From Clostridia bacterium (GTDB lineage: Bacteria > Bacillota > Clostridia > Oscillospirales > CAG-272), in assembly GCA_017408535.1 (NCBI GenBank), contig JAFQUL010000154.1, forward strand, positions 1 through 32,456: DNA of 32,456 nucleotides, given 5' to 3'. Below are positions 17,458 through 28,017 of this stretch, in pieces. The first letter of the stretch is position 1. Each line of letters starts with the position of its first letter. Made by a program: the position numbers and the translations under genes. Under the pieces are notes generated by a model, which saw nothing but the letters and a program-made list of their open reading frames with translations, did no database searches and had not been told where the DNA came from.

Positions 17458-17733
17458 ATGTCAAGAAGCCTGAAAAAGCCGCCTTTTGTTGAGGCAAAGC
17501 TTTTTTCTCGGATTGTTGCCATGAATGAGAAGAACGAAAAGAAGGTTCTCAAAACATGGTCGCGTGCATCTACCATTTTCCCGGAATTCGTTGGTCATAC
17601 CATCGCGGTTTATGACGGAAGAAAGCACGTTCCGGTATATGTCACTGAGGAAATGATCGGTCACAAGCTCGGTGAGTTTGCACCTACCCGTCTTTTCCGC
17701 GGACATTCGGGTTCCAAAACCTCGAATAAGTAA
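17458..17733 (+). CDS. rpsS: 30S ribosomal protein S19
   Basis: [11 protein letters not shown]...[17 protein letters not shown], 91 aa. Confidence 0.97.
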   Translation: MSRSLKKPPFVEAKLFSRIVAMNEKNEKKVLKTWSRASTIFPEFVGHTIAVYDGRKHVPVYVTEEMIGHKLGEFAPTRLFRGHSGSKTSNK

Positions 17734-17794
17734 TAATAATTCGAAATTAAAATAACATTCGCCAAAAAATCGGCGAAGGGAGGCAACAATCGTA

Positions 17795-18130
17795 ATGGAA
17801 GCAAAAGCTTATCTTAAATACGCACGCATATCACCGCGTAAGGTTAAGATTGTCCTCGACCTCATCAGAGGAAAGGATGCCGGCACGGCGATGGCTATTC
17901 TCAAGAATACGCCGAAGGCCGCATCGGAATATCTTATAAAGCTGCTTGGTAGCGCTATCGCTAACGCGGAGCACAACTTTGATATGGATGTGTCTAAACT
18001 TTATGTATCTGAATGCTTTGTATGCCCCGGCCCGACTCTTAAGAGAATTATGCCGAGAGCACAGGGTAGAGCAGACAGAATACTCAAGAGAACCAGCCAC
18101 GTAACTATGGTTCTTAAAGAAAGAGTCTGA
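17795..18130 (+). CDS. rplV: 50S ribosomal protein L22
   Basis: [27 protein letters not shown], 111 aa. Confidence 0.97.
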   Translation: MEAKAYLKYARISPRKVKIVLDLIRGKDAGTAMAILKNTPKAASEYLIKLLGSAIANAEHNFDMDVSKLYVSECFVCPGPTLKRIMPRAQGRADRILKRTSHVTMVLKERV

Positions 18131-18151
18131 GTAAGGAGGATAAACCACTAA

Positions 18152-18892
18152 ATGGGTCAGAAAATTAATCCGCACGGTCTGCGTGTCGGTGTAATCAAAG
18201 ACTGGGATTCAAGATGGTTCGAGAGCGACGAGAAGTTCGGCGATACTCTTGTGTCCGACTACAATCTCAGAAAATATCTTAAGAAGACTCTTCAGGGCGC
18301 CGGTGTTCCCAAGATCGAGATCGAGCGTGACCGTGAGAGAGTAAGAGTATTTATTCACTGTGCTAAGCCCGGTATGGTTATCGGCCGCGGCGGTGCAGAG
18401 ATCGAGAAGCTTAGAGTAACCCTTGAGAAGATGGTTGGCAAGCCCGTTGCAGTTAATGTAATTGAGGTAAGACAGCCTGACCTCAACGCTCAGCTCGTTG
18501 CCGAGAGCATCTCCTCTCAGCTTGAGAGAAGAATCGCTTTCCGCCGTGCTATGAAGCAGGCCATCGGCAGAACCATGAGACTTGGCGCAAAGGGTATCAA
18601 GATCGCAGTAAGCGGTCGTCTTGGCGGTGCCGAGATCGCAAGAACTGAGCACTACCACGAGGGTACTATTCCGCTTCAGACTATCAGAGCCGACATTGAG
18701 TACGGTTTCTGGGAAGCAAACACCACTTACGGTAAGATCGGTGTTAAGGTATGGATCTACAAGGGCGAGATCCTTGCTGACGTTTCAAGAAACTCTGAGT
18801 CGAACAACAACCGCCGCGCAAGAGGCGATGACCGTTCCCGCAGAGATCATGATCGCCCCCGCAGAAACAGAGGAGAAGGGAGCAATAGATAA
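18152..18892 (+). CDS. rpsC: 30S ribosomal protein S3 (with a 35-aa Arg/Asp-rich C-terminal tail)
   Basis: [13 protein letters not shown]..., KH domain [10 protein letters not shown]. 246 aa. Confidence 0.97.
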   Translation: MGQKINPHGLRVGVIKDWDSRWFESDEKFGDTLVSDYNLRKYLKKTLQGAGVPKIEIERDRERVRVFIHCAKPGMVIGRGGAEIEKLRVTLEKMVGKPVAVNVIEVRQPDLNAQLVAESISSQLERRIAFRRAMKQAIGRTMRLGAKGIKIAVSGRLGGAEIARTEHYHEGTIPLQTIRADIEYGFWEANTTYGKIGVKVWIYKGEILADVSRNSESNNNRRARGDDRSRRDHDRPRRNRGEGSNR

Positions 18893-19326
18893 TGTTAATG
18901 CCGAAGAGAGTTAAGTTCAGACGCGTTCATCGCGGAAGACTTACAGGTAAGGCAATGCGCGGTAATAAGATTAGCAACGGCTCTTTTGGCCTTGTTGCAA
19001 CTGAGCCCGCATGGATCACCAGTAACCAGATCGAGGCAGCGCGTATTGCGATGACCCGTTACGTAAAGCGTGGCGGTAAGGTCTGGATCAAGATATTCCC
19101 CGATAAGCCTATCACTGAGAAGCCTGCTGAGACCCGAATGGGTTCCGGTAAGGGATCTCCTGAGTACTGGGTAGCCGTTGTTAAGCCCGGCCGTGTACTC
19201 TTCGAGATGGACGGGGTTAATGAAGAAGATGCAAAAGAAGCTATGCGTCTTGCAAGTCACAAGCTTCCTATCAAGACTAAGTTTGTGACCCGCGAACAGC
19301 AGATGAAAGAGAACGGGGAGGTTTGA
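18892..19326 (+). CDS. rplP: 50S ribosomal protein L16
   Basis: [16 protein letters not shown]..., 144 aa. TAATG overlap with rpsC. Confidence 0.97.
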   Translation: MLMPKRVKFRRVHRGRLTGKAMRGNKISNGSFGLVATEPAWITSNQIEAARIAMTRYVKRGGKVWIKIFPDKPITEKPAETRMGSGKGSPEYWVAVVKPGRVLFEMDGVNEEDAKEAMRLASHKLPIKTKFVTREQQMKENGEV

Positions 19327-19328
19327 GC

Positions 19329-19517
19329 ATGAAGGCAAAGGAAATCAGAGAAATGACTGCTGATGAGCTTAATGCAAAGCTCAAGGAGCTCAAGGATGAG
19401 CTTTTCCACCTCCGTTTTCAGCACGCGATCAATCAGCTTGACAACCCCAACAAGATCGTTGAGTGCAAGCGTGACATTGCGCGTGTACTGACCATCCTTC
19501 AAGAGAAGAATGCATAA
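19329..19517 (+). CDS. rpmC: 50S ribosomal protein L29
   Basis: MKAKEIREMTADELNAKLKELKDELFHLRFQ, 62 aa. ATG 19329 with GGGGAGG 8 nt upstream is preferred over the track's TTG at 19323. Confidence 0.95.
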   Translation: MKAKEIREMTADELNAKLKELKDELFHLRFQHAINQLDNPNKIVECKRDIARVLTILQEKNA

Positions 19518-19531
19518 GGAGGAAGTAAGTC

Positions 19532-19798
19532 ATGAGTGAAGCAATCGAGCGCAGCTTGAGAAAGACCAGAGTCGGCCGCGTTGTCAGCAACAAGATGGAC
19601 AAGACCATCGTTGTAGCTATCGAGGATAACGTAAAGCATCCCGACTACGGCAAGATCATTAAGCATACTGCAAAGATCCACGCACACGATGAGAACAACG
19701 AGTGCGGTATCGGCGACAAGGTAAGCGTAATGGAGACCAGACCCCTTTCCAAAACCAAGAGATGGCGTCTTGTTTCCATCATCGAAAAAGCAAAATAA
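19532..19798 (+). CDS. rpsQ: 30S ribosomal protein S17
   Basis: 88 aa, [19 protein letters not shown] motif. Confidence 0.97.
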   Translation: MSEAIERSLRKTRVGRVVSNKMDKTIVVAIEDNVKHPDYGKIIKHTAKIHAHDENNECGIGDKVSVMETRPLSKTKRWRLVSIIEKAK

Positions 19799-19842
19799 TA
19801 AGTAGGTACGTTTAACATCGTATTGAATAAGGAGGAAGACCA

Positions 19843-20211
19843 GTGATTCAGCAACAGACAATCATGAAGGTTGCCGACAACACAGGCGCTAAGGAAATGA
19901 TGTGCATTCGCGTACTCGGCGGTACCGGCAGACGTTATGCCAATATCGGTGATGTAGTTGTTTGCGCAGTCAAGAAGGCAGCGCCCGGTGGTCTTGTTAA
20001 AAAAGGTGATGTCGTTCGCGCGGTAATCGTAAGATCCGTTAAGGGTATCAAGCGTGCAGACGGCTCAAATATAAAGTTTGACGAGAACGCTGCGGTAATC
20101 ATTAAAGACGATAAGACGCCCCGTGGAACCCGTATCTTTGGCCCGGTGGCAAGAGAGCTCAGAGAGAAAGATTATCTTAAGATTCTTTCCCTTGCTCCCG
20201 AAGTACTGTAA
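19843..20211 (+). CDS. rplN: 50S ribosomal protein L14
   Basis: [18 protein letters not shown]..., 122 aa. GTG start with AAGGAGG SD. Confidence 0.97.
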   Translation: MIQQQTIMKVADNTGAKEMMCIRVLGGTGRRYANIGDVVVCAVKKAAPGGLVKKGDVVRAVIVRSVKGIKRADGSNIKFDENAAVIIKDDKTPRGTRIFGPVARELREKDYLKILSLAPEVL

Positions 20212-20225
20212 GGAGGTAACGAATT

Positions 20226-20543
20226 ATGAATAACAAGCTTCATATAAAGAAGGACGATACCGTAATCGTTATTTCCGGTGACGATAAGGGCAAGAAGGGT
20301 AAGGTTCTCGAGGTATCTCCCAAAGAGGGTAAGGTAATCGTTGAGGGCGTTAACCGTGTTCAGAAGCACACCAAGCCCAGAAGACAGGGTGACGTCGGTG
20401 GTATCATCACCGTTGACGGTCCTATGTACGCATCTAAGGTTCAGCTTTTCTGCTCCAAGTGCGGCAAGGGCGTTCGCGCTAAGTATGAGATCAAAGACGG
20501 CAACAAGAAACGTGTTTGCGCCAAGTGCGGCGAAACACTGTAA
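20226..20543 (+). CDS. rplX: 50S ribosomal protein L24 (form with a C-terminal CxxC...CxxC motif)
   Basis: KOW motif [21 protein letters not shown]-terminal CSKCG-x17-VCAKCG. 105 aa. Confidence 0.96.
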   Translation: MNNKLHIKKDDTVIVISGDDKGKKGKVLEVSPKEGKVIVEGVNRVQKHTKPRRQGDVGGIITVDGPMYASKVQLFCSKCGKGVRAKYEIKDGNKKRVCAKCGETL

Positions 20544-20557
20544 TGGGAGGAACGAAA

Positions 20558-21097
20558 ATGGCAAGACTTAAGGATTTTTATAAGAACGAAGTTGCTCCCG
20601 CACTTATGAAGAAGTTTGAGTACAAGAGCGTTATGCAGATCCCCAAGATCGACAAGATCGTTGTTAACGTTGGCGCAGGCGATGCTAAGGAGAACACCAA
20701 GGTAATCGACAGCATCATCGAGGATCTTTCCATCATTACTGCACAGCACGCTGTACCCACTTACGCAAAGAAGTCCGTCGCTAACTTCAAGCTCCGTGAG
20801 GGCATGAAGATCGGTGCGAAGGTTACTCTTCGCGGCGAGCGTATGTATGAGTTTATCGACAGACTCTTCAACATCGCTCTCCCCCGTGTTCGTGACTTTA
20901 AGGGTATCAACCCCAACGCTTTTGACGGCCGCGGTAACTACTCCCTCGGTCTCAAAGAGCAGCTTATCTTCCCTGAAATCGAGTATGAGAAGGTAGATAA
21001 GATCCGCGGTATGGATATCGCTTTTGTCACCACTGCCAACACTGATGAAGAAGCAAAAGAGCTGCTTACCCTTATGGGTGCACCCTTTGCTAAATAA
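20558..21097 (+). CDS. rplE: 50S ribosomal protein L5
   Basis: [20 protein letters not shown]..., 179 aa. ATG 20558 with GGGAGG SD is preferred over the track start at 20516. Confidence 0.97.
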   Translation: MARLKDFYKNEVAPALMKKFEYKSVMQIPKIDKIVVNVGAGDAKENTKVIDSIIEDLSIITAQHAVPTYAKKSVANFKLREGMKIGAKVTLRGERMYEFIDRLFNIALPRVRDFKGINPNAFDGRGNYSLGLKEQLIFPEIEYEKVDKIRGMDIAFVTTANTDEEAKELLTLMGAPFAK

Positions 21098-21111
21098 GGA
21101 GGGGAAATAAA

Positions 21112-21297
21112 ATGGCAAAAACATCAATGAAAATCAAACAGCAGAGACAGCAGAAGTTCTCCACCCGTGAGTACAACCGCTGCAAGATCTGCGGCCGTCC
21201 CCACGGTTATCTTCGTAAGTACGGTATCTGCCGTATCTGCTTCCGCGTTCTTGCTCACAAGGGCGAGATCCCGGGCGTAAGAAAGGCAAGCTGGTAA
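21112..21297 (+). CDS. rpsN: 30S ribosomal protein S14 type Z (zinc-binding short form)
   Basis: 61 aa with CKICGRPHG...CRICFR. Confidence 0.96.
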   Translation: MAKTSMKIKQQRQQKFSTREYNRCKICGRPHGYLRKYGICRICFRVLAHKGEIPGVRKASW

Positions 21298-21446
21298 GCT
21301 TTGTATACCCGGTTAAATAAACCGGACGATGAGATAAATATCTCCAATCTATCGGAAGGAAAGCGAGAGCGCTTTAACCACTGATTTAATGCCGGCAGGA
21401 CAGCCGGCGGCAAGAAAAATATACTTGCATAGGAGGATTAATAATT

Positions 21447-21845
21447 ATGCAAATGTCAGACGTAATCGCCGATATGCTCACCAGAATCCGCAATGCAAAC
21501 GATGCAAAGCACGAGACTGTTGACGTTCCGGCATCTAATATGAAAAAGGCTATTGCCGATATTCTTCAGGCTGAGGGCTACATCAAGGGCTACCAGGTAA
21601 TCGAAGACGGCAAGCAGGGAATTATTCGCATCACTCTCAAGTACGGACAGGGCAAGTCCAAGGTTATCCGCGGTATCCGCAGAGTTTCCAAGCCCGGTCT
21701 TCGCATCTACTCCGGCTGTGAGGATATGCCTAAGGTTATGAACGGCCTTGGCATCGCGATCGTTTCTACATCTAAGGGTATCATGACCGACAAGCGTGCT
21801 CGCCGCGAGAACATCGGTGGCGAAGTACTTGCTTTCGTATGGTAA
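21447..21845 (+). CDS. rpsH: 30S ribosomal protein S8
   Basis: [15 protein letters not shown] motif, 132 aa. Confidence 0.97.
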   Translation: MQMSDVIADMLTRIRNANDAKHETVDVPASNMKKAIADILQAEGYIKGYQVIEDGKQGIIRITLKYGQGKSKVIRGIRRVSKPGLRIYSGCEDMPKVMNGLGIAIVSTSKGIMTDKRARRENIGGEVLAFVW

Positions 21846-21868
21846 TCTGAGCGGGAGGAGAAAAGAAA

Positions 21869-22408
21869 ATGTCAAGAATTGGTATTAAGCCGATAGCTGT
21901 TCCCGCAGGTGTTGACGTTAAGGTTGATGACGCAAACGTTATCACCGTCAAGGGCCCGCTCGGAACTTTAACTCAGACTGTTCACCCCAAGATGGCGGTG
22001 AAGATCAACGGCGCTGAGATCGTTGTTGAGCGTGCTTCCGACGAAAAGGAAGACAAGTCTCTCCACGGCCTCACCCGTACCCTCATCAACAACATGGTTG
22101 AGGGTGTAACTAAGGGCTTCACCAAGGAGCTCGAGATCAACGGTGTTGGTTACAGAGCACAGAAGCAGGGCAAGACCCTCACTCTTAACCTCGGTCATTC
22201 TCACCCCATTCTTTTTGAGGAAGAGAACGGCATCACCTTTGATGTTCCTAATGCTAACAGCATAATCGTTAAGGGTATTGACAAGCAGATCGTCGGCGAG
22301 ATCGCTGCACAGATCCGCGAGAAGAGACCCCCTGAGCCCTACCTTGGTAAGGGTGTTAAGTACGTCGGTGAGCGCATCAGACGTAAGACCGGTAAGGCCG
22401 GTAAATAA
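21869..22408 (+). CDS. rplF: 50S ribosomal protein L6
   Basis: MSRIGIKPIAVPAGVDVKV..., 179 aa. Confidence 0.97.
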   Translation: MSRIGIKPIAVPAGVDVKVDDANVITVKGPLGTLTQTVHPKMAVKINGAEIVVERASDEKEDKSLHGLTRTLINNMVEGVTKGFTKELEINGVGYRAQKQGKTLTLNLGHSHPILFEEENGITFDVPNANSIIVKGIDKQIVGEIAAQIREKRPPEPYLGKGVKYVGERIRRKTGKAGK

Positions 22409-22426
22409 TGAAAGGAGTGGAGATCG

Positions 22427-22786
22427 ATGGTATCAAGAAAAGACAGTAATGCTCAGCGCCTTAAGCGTCATAAGAGAGTTAGAGCTAAGATATCCGGTAC
22501 GGCTGAGTGCCCCCGTTTGTCTGTATACCGCTCTACCAATAATATCACTGCACAGATCATTGACGACGTTGCAGGTGTAACACTTGTATCCGCTTCCACC
22601 CTTGAAGCATCCTTTGAGGGAACCGGCGGAAACAAAGAAGCTGCAAAGAAGCTCGGCATGATCATTGCTGAGAGAGCAAAAGACAAGGGAATCACCACGG
22701 TTGTATTCGACCGCGGCGGCTACCTCTATCACGGACGTGTATCGGAATTGGCTGCAGGAGCTCGCGAAGGCGGACTTCAGTTCTAA
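22427..22786 (+). CDS. rplR: 50S ribosomal protein L18
   Basis: [23 protein letters not shown]...[12 protein letters not shown], 119 aa. Confidence 0.97.
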   Translation: MVSRKDSNAQRLKRHKRVRAKISGTAECPRLSVYRSTNNITAQIIDDVAGVTLVSASTLEASFEGTGGNKEAAKKLGMIIAERAKDKGITTVVFDRGGYLYHGRVSELAAGAREGGLQF

Positions 22787-22870
22787 GTCAAGCATTACGG
22801 CATAATGCCGTTTCCGGTTTATACACTGTTTGAAAATATTATTTTTGAACATTAATTAAGGAGAAAAAAC

Positions 22871-23374
22871 ATGGCTAAGAAATTCGATCCGGCAACTCTG
22901 GATCTTCAGGAGAGAAACGTTAAGATTAACCGTGTTTCTAAGACCGTAAAAGGTGGACGAGTAAGCCGCTTCGCAGCAATCATGGTTGTTGGTGACGGTA
23001 ACGGTCACGTAGGATGCGGTCTCGGTAAGGCAGCTGAGACTCCCGAAGCAATTCGCAAGGGAATCGAGGATGCAAAGAAGAACATGATTGAGGTTTCCCT
23101 CAAGGGCTCTACCATTCCTCACGAGGTAATTGGTGAGTTTGGCGCAGGCAGAGTTCTGCTTAAGCCCGCTGCACCCGGTACCGGTATCATCGCCGGCGGC
23201 GCAGTTCGTACCGTACTTGAAATGGCTGGTATCAAGAACATTCGTGCAAAGTGTCTTCGTTCCAGCAACCCCAATAACGTAGTTAAGGCTACTATCGAGG
23301 GTCTCCGCGCTCTTCGCACCGTTGAAGAGGTTGCTAAGATCCGTGATATCAGCGTTGACCAGGTTAAAGGCTGA
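22871..23374 (+). CDS. rpsE: 30S ribosomal protein S5
   Basis: [32 protein letters not shown], 167 aa. Confidence 0.97.
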   Translation: MAKKFDPATLDLQERNVKINRVSKTVKGGRVSRFAAIMVVGDGNGHVGCGLGKAAETPEAIRKGIEDAKKNMIEVSLKGSTIPHEVIGEFGAGRVLLKPAAPGTGIIAGGAVRTVLEMAGIKNIRAKCLRSSNPNNVVKATIEGLRALRTVEEVAKIRDISVDQVKG

Positions 23375-23388
23375 GGAGGTATTGAGAT

Positions 23389-23568
23389 ATGAATAACTGC
23401 AAAGTAACTCTCACCAAAAGCCTTATCGGTGCTAAGCCGAAACAGAAGCTCACTGCTGACTCTCTCGGTCTCAAGAGACCCGGCGACAGCATCGTATGCA
23501 AAAATGACGCGGTACTCGCTGGTAAGGTTAAGCTTATCGAGCACCTCGTTAAGGTAGAAAACGTTTAA
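23389..23568 (+). CDS. rpmD: 50S ribosomal protein L30
   Basis: Not in the ORF track (59 aa). Hand translation gives [68 protein letters not shown]. Expected position between rpsE and rplO. Confidence 0.93.
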   Translation: MNNCKVTLTKSLIGAKPKQKLTADSLGLKRPGDSIVCKNDAVLAGKVKLIEHLVKVENV

Positions 23569-23585
23569 TTGAAGGAGGACAACCA

Positions 23586-24029
23586 ATGAAACTCCATGAG
23601 CTTTCGCCCGCTGAAGGTTCCAGTACCAAGGCATGGCGCAAAGGTAGAGGACCCGGATCCGGCAACGGTAAGACCGGCGGTCGCGGACACAAGGGTCAGA
23701 ACGCACGTAGTGGCGGTGGCGTAAGACCCGGCTTTGAAGGCGGTCAGCTTCCCCTCTACAGAAAACTTCCTAAGAGAGGTTTCAACAACAAATTCGGCAA
23801 GGAATTTGCCATAATCAACATCGATCGTTTGGATGCTGCATTTGATAACGGAGCCGTAATCGATATTGCCGCACTCAAAGAAAAGGGAATCATTAAAGTC
23901 GAAAAAGACGGTCTTAAGGTTCTTGGTAACGGTGCTATAACCAAGCAGTTTACCGTTCGTGCGTCAGTCTTTTCAGCATCTGCCAAGGAAAAAATAGAAG
24001 CAGCGGGCGGAAAGACTGAGGTGGTATAA
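23586..24029 (+). CDS. rplO: 50S ribosomal protein L15
   Basis: [12 protein letters not shown]...[14 protein letters not shown], 147 aa. Confidence 0.97.
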   Translation: MKLHELSPAEGSSTKAWRKGRGPGSGNGKTGGRGHKGQNARSGGGVRPGFEGGQLPLYRKLPKRGFNNKFGKEFAIINIDRLDAAFDNGAVIDIAALKEKGIIKVEKDGLKVLGNGAITKQFTVRASVFSASAKEKIEAAGGKTEVV

Positions 24030-25325
24030 GTGATAAAGACACTGAGAAACGCATGGAAGACACCTGAACTGCGCAACAAACTGCTGTTCACTCTTCTCAT
24101 TCTTATCCTTTACCGTCTTGGCGCGGTCATCCCGATGCCTTACGTAAACGGCGAGCTGTTGGCATCTGTATTTGGCAACGCTACCAGCGGTTCGATGTTC
24201 CAGTATCTTAACATTCTTTCCGGTGAGGCATTCTCAAAGGCAACTTTGTTTGCACTCTCCATATCTCCCTACATCACCTCCTCCATCGTTATTCAGCTTC
24301 TCACTATTGCGATCCCCGCACTTGAGAGACTTCAGAAGAGCGGTGAAGAGGGCCGTAAGAAGATAAACCAGCTTACCCGTTATATAACCGTTGCTCTTGC
24401 TCTTATCATGAGCTTTGGTTATTATCAGTTTATGAAGAACACCTCCGGTATCCTTACCGAGAGAGGTGAGACTTGGTTCGGTGCCATCGTTATCATCGCA
24501 GTTTACTGTGCGGGTTCTTCCCTTATCATGTGGCTTGGTGAGAAGATCAATGAGAACGGTATCGGCAACGGTATCTCCATGATCCTCTTCGCAAACATCG
24601 TGGCAAGTACCCCCACTATCGTAAGCTCTATGATCAACCTGGCAAAGAGCGGAACCGTAGCCGGTATCCTTACTCTTGTTATCGGACTTATAGTTGCTCT
24701 CGCTATAGTATATTTCGTAGTATTTATGACTCACAGCGAGCGCAGACTTCCCGTTCAGTACGCTAAGCGCGTTGTTGGACGTAAGATGTACGGCGGTCAG
24801 AGCTCTAACCTTCCCATTAAGATCAATATGAACGGTGTTATGCCGATAATCTTCGCTAACGCGATCGTATCGCTTCCCACCACCATAATGCTCTTCTTTA
24901 GAGTTAAAGAGGGTGGATTCTGGGACGGTGTTCAGAAGGCTCTCAGTTATACTTCTCCCATCTACTGGGTAGTTAACTTCCTGCTTATCATCGCATTCGC
25001 ATATTTCTATGTTGCTATTTCCTTCAACCCCGTTGAAGTATCTAACAATCTCAAGAAGAACGGTGGCTTCATTCCCGGCCTTCGTCCCGGAAAGCCCACC
25101 TCCGATTATATCAAGAAGGTTCTCAATAAGGTAACTCTTATCGGTGCTATCTTCCTTGGTGTAGTTGCAGTTCTTCCTCTTGTTCTCGGCAGCTTCGCTC
25201 CCAACCTCAGCGGCTTCGCTTTCGGCGGATCCTCTCTTCTGATCGTTGTCGGCGTTGTACTTGAGACCGAGCGTGAGATTGAGGCACAGCTGACTATGCG
25301 TCATTACAAAGGCTTCCTTGAATAA
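24030..25325 (+). CDS. secY: Preprotein translocase subunit SecY
   Basis: 431 aa, about 10 TM segments, LNILSGEAF and GISPYITSSI-like motifs. GTG start abutting the rplO stop. Confidence 0.97.
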   Translation: MIKTLRNAWKTPELRNKLLFTLLILILYRLGAVIPMPYVNGELLASVFGNATSGSMFQYLNILSGEAFSKATLFALSISPYITSSIVIQLLTIAIPALERLQKSGEEGRKKINQLTRYITVALALIMSFGYYQFMKNTSGILTERGETWFGAIVIIAVYCAGSSLIMWLGEKINENGIGNGISMILFANIVASTPTIVSSMINLAKSGTVAGILTLVIGLIVALAIVYFVVFMTHSERRLPVQYAKRVVGRKMYGGQSSNLPIKINMNGVMPIIFANAIVSLPTTIMLFFRVKEGGFWDGVQKALSYTSPIYWVVNFLLIIAFAYFYVAISFNPVEVSNNLKKNGGFIPGLRPGKPTSDYIKKVLNKVTLIGAIFLGVVAVLPLVLGSFAPNLSGFAFGGSSLLIVVGVVLETEREIEAQLTMRHYKGFLE

Positions 25326-25347
25326 TTAAAAAAAGAGGAGATTATAC

Positions 25348-25983
25348 ATGAATCTGATCTTTTTGGGCGCGCCCGGTGCCGGTAAAGGTACCCAGGCAGA
25401 GATAGTTTCCGAGCGCTACGGAATTCCCGCTATTTCTACCGGTGCAATAATCAGAGAAGCTATAAAAAATCAGACTCCCATGGGCATCGCCGCGCGCGAG
25501 TATACCGACAAGGGTGCACTCGTGCCGGATGATGTTGTCATCGGAATCATAAAAGAGAGACTTCAGAAGGACGACTGTGCAAGCGGCTTTATCCTTGACG
25601 GCTTTCCGAGAACTGTGCCTCAGGCAGAGGCTCTCGACAGAATGGGCGTCAGAATAGATAAGGTCATCAGCATTGAGGTAGCGGATGATGATATCGTCCG
25701 CCGTATGTCCGGCCGTCGTGTATGCGACAAGTGCGGCGCTTCCTACCATATAGAGTACAAGCGTTCCGCTGATGGCGAGACCTGCGATAAGTGCGGTACC
25801 GCCCTGTCCATCAGACGTGACGATATGCCCGAGGTCGTTCTCAGCCGTCTCGAGACTTACCACGAGACCACGGAGCCCTTAAAGGATTATTACTCCGGCC
25901 GTGGTATACTCAAGCTTGTCATCGGACAAGAAAAACTCGATGATACCACCCGCCTTACCGCGGAGGCAATCGAGAATTCCTGA
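25348..25983 (+). CDS. adk: Adenylate kinase (zinc-lid type)
   Basis: P-loop GAPGAGKGTQ. Lid CDKCGASYH...CDKCG. 211 aa. Confidence 0.97.
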   Translation: MNLIFLGAPGAGKGTQAEIVSERYGIPAISTGAIIREAIKNQTPMGIAAREYTDKGALVPDDVVIGIIKERLQKDDCASGFILDGFPRTVPQAEALDRMGVRIDKVISIEVADDDIVRRMSGRRVCDKCGASYHIEYKRSADGETCDKCGTALSIRRDDMPEVVLSRLETYHETTEPLKDYYSGRGILKLVIGQEKLDDTTRLTAEAIENS

Positions 25984-25994
25984 GGCTAACAATA

Positions 25995-26744
25995 ATGATC
26001 GTACTCAAGAATACAGATCAACTTGCTTATATGAGGGAAGCCGGGAAAATAACCGGTGAGGCTCTCTCCCTTGCGGGTGAGGCCGTCCGTCCCGGTATTT
26101 CCACATACGAGCTCGATACTATGATCAGAAAGTGCATCGAAAAGCACGGTGCAAAACCGTCATTTTTAGGATACGGCGGATTTCCCGGTTCTGCGTGCAT
26201 CAGCATCAACGACCAGGTTATCCACGGTATTCCGTCAAAAAAGGCAATACTGAAGGACAGCGATATAGTCAAGATCGACGTAGGCGCGTTTTACCGCGGC
26301 TATCACGGTGACAGTGCAAGAACTTTCCCCGTCGGTGAGATATCCGAGGAGGCTAAGCGACTGATAGAGGTTACAAAAGAGAGCTTCTACCGTGGCGTGG
26401 CTCAGATAGGGGAGGGTGCACGGATCGGTGATATCGGAAGCGCGATCGATTCCTACGTTCGAGAGAACGGCTACAGCGTTGTTCGCAAGTATATCGGTCA
26501 CGGAGTGGGGCGAGAGCTTCACGAGGACCCCGAGGTTCCCAATTTCGGAACACCGGGACGCGGCCCGAGACTGTGTGCCGGAATGGTCATAGCCATCGAA
26601 CCAATGGTTAATGTCGGTACTCATGAAGTAAAAGAACTGTCAGACGGCTGGACGGTGATCACCGCCGATGGAAAGCTGTCTGCTCACTACGAGCATACCG
26701 TTGCGGTTACTTCAAACGGCGCGGTACTGCTTACAGAAGTATAA
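25995..26744 (+). CDS. map: Type I methionine aminopeptidase
   Basis: 249 aa with VIHGIP, DVGA, GHGVG and YEHTV metal-site motifs. Confidence 0.96.
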   Translation: MIVLKNTDQLAYMREAGKITGEALSLAGEAVRPGISTYELDTMIRKCIEKHGAKPSFLGYGGFPGSACISINDQVIHGIPSKKAILKDSDIVKIDVGAFYRGYHGDSARTFPVGEISEEAKRLIEVTKESFYRGVAQIGEGARIGDIGSAIDSYVRENGYSVVRKYIGHGVGRELHEDPEVPNFGTPGRGPRLCAGMVIAIEPMVNVGTHEVKELSDGWTVITADGKLSAHYEHTVAVTSNGAVLLTEV

Positions 26745-26783
26745 AATTATTGCTTTCTATTTTCAATTATATGGAGGAAAGAA

Positions 26784-27002
26784 ATGCCGAAGGATGATGT
26801 AATTGAGTTTGAGGGTGTCATAGTTGAGGCTCTGCCCAATGCAACCTTCAAGGTCAAGCTCCCGAACGAGCATATAGTTACTGCTCACATATCGGGTAAA
26901 CTCAGAATGAACTATATACGAATCCTCCCCGGTGACAAGGTTACCGTTGAGGTGTCTGTATACGATCTGACCAAGGGACGCATTACTTGGCGTTCCAAGT
27001 AA
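26784..27002 (+). CDS. infA: Translation initiation factor IF-1
   Basis: [26 protein letters not shown], 72 aa. Confidence 0.97.
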   Translation: MPKDDVIEFEGVIVEALPNATFKVKLPNEHIVTAHISGKLRMNYIRILPGDKVTVEVSVYDLTKGRITWRSK

Positions 27003-27032
27003 GAAACAAATGAAAGGAATGGTACTGTCAAA

Positions 27033-27146
27033 ATGAAAGTAAAGCCTTCCGTTAAGAAAATTTGCGATAAGTGCAAGATAATCAAGAGAAAAGGCAAAGT
27101 TATGGTTATCTGCGAGAACCCCAAGCATAAGCAGAAGCAGGGTTAA
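27033..27146 (+). CDS. rpmJ: 50S ribosomal protein L36 (zinc-binding form)
   Basis: Not in the ORF track (37 aa). Hand translation gives [37 protein letters not shown]. Expected position between infA and rpsM. Confidence 0.93.
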   Translation: MKVKPSVKKICDKCKIIKRKGKVMVICENPKHKQKQG

Positions 27147-27210
27147 GCAAATTAACCGAACGAAAACAGCGGACAATCCGCAAAATCATCAAAAGAGGTG
27201 AAATGATTTA

Positions 27211-27579
27211 ATGGCTCGTATAGCTGGTGTTGATATTCCCAATCAGAAGCGTATTGAGATTGCTCTTACCTATATCTACGGTATAGGTCTGACCAGTGCT
27301 CGTAACATTCTTGCAAAGACCGGTATTGACCCCGATACTCGTGCAAAGGATCTCACTGAGGATGAAGTTGCAAAGCTTCGTGACGAGATCGACGAGAACT
27401 ATACTGTTGAGGGTGACCTTCGCCGTAATGTTGCTATGGACATTAAGAGCATGGTCGAGATCAACTGTTATCGCGGAAGAATGCACAGACGCGGCCTCCC
27501 CGTAAGAGGACAGCGCACTAAGACCAATGCAAGAACCAGAAAAGGTCCCGCGAAGACTATCGCTAACAAGAAGAAGTAA
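27211..27579 (+). CDS. rpsM: 30S ribosomal protein S13
   Basis: [26 protein letters not shown], 122 aa. Confidence 0.97.
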   Translation: MARIAGVDIPNQKRIEIALTYIYGIGLTSARNILAKTGIDPDTRAKDLTEDEVAKLRDEIDENYTVEGDLRRNVAMDIKSMVEINCYRGRMHRRGLPVRGQRTKTNARTRKGPAKTIANKKK

Positions 27580-27596
27580 AGGAGTGACTAAAGCTA

Positions 27597-27995
27597 ATGG
27601 CTAAAGCAACCGCCAAGAAGGTCGGAAAGAAGCGCCGCGAACGCAAGAATATTGAAAAAGGCACCGCGCACATCTCCTCCACCTTTAACAATACTATCAT
27701 TACGATAACCGATGTTGCCGGTAACGCAGTTTCCTGGGCATCGGCCGGTGAGCTCGGTTTCAAAGGCTCAAGAAAATCTACTCCCTATGCGGCTCAGATG
27801 GCAGCAGAGACTGCAGCTAAGGCAGCTATGGAGCACGGTATGAAGCTCGTTGACGTATACGTTAAGGGCCCCGGTTCCGGACGTGAGGCAGCTATCCGTG
27901 CACTCCAGGCAGCAGGTCTTGACATCAGCGTGATCCGCGATGTTACTCCCATCCCCCACAACGGATGCAGACCGCCTAAGCGCAGACGCGTATAA
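27597..27995 (+). CDS. rpsK: 30S ribosomal protein S11
   Basis: [18 protein letters not shown]...[16 protein letters not shown], 132 aa. Confidence 0.97.
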   Translation: MAKATAKKVGKKRRERKNIEKGTAHISSTFNNTIITITDVAGNAVSWASAGELGFKGSRKSTPYAAQMAAETAAKAAMEHGMKLVDVYVKGPGSGREAAIRALQAAGLDISVIRDVTPIPHNGCRPPKRRRV

Positions 27996-28017
27996 TTTTA
28001 GAGGAGGTAAATGAAAC

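Noticed and set aside
16289-17497. A 402-aa minus-strand ORF lies antisense to rplW/rplB. There are similar long antisense ORFs at 15549-16310, 18209-18658, 20441-21127, 24234-25304, 28687-29715, 4716-5492 and 6485-7102.
   Set aside because: They are shadow ORFs opposite highly conserved genes with unambiguous identity. They have low-complexity Ser/Leu/Arg-rich translations, lack SD sequences, and fully overlap real genes.
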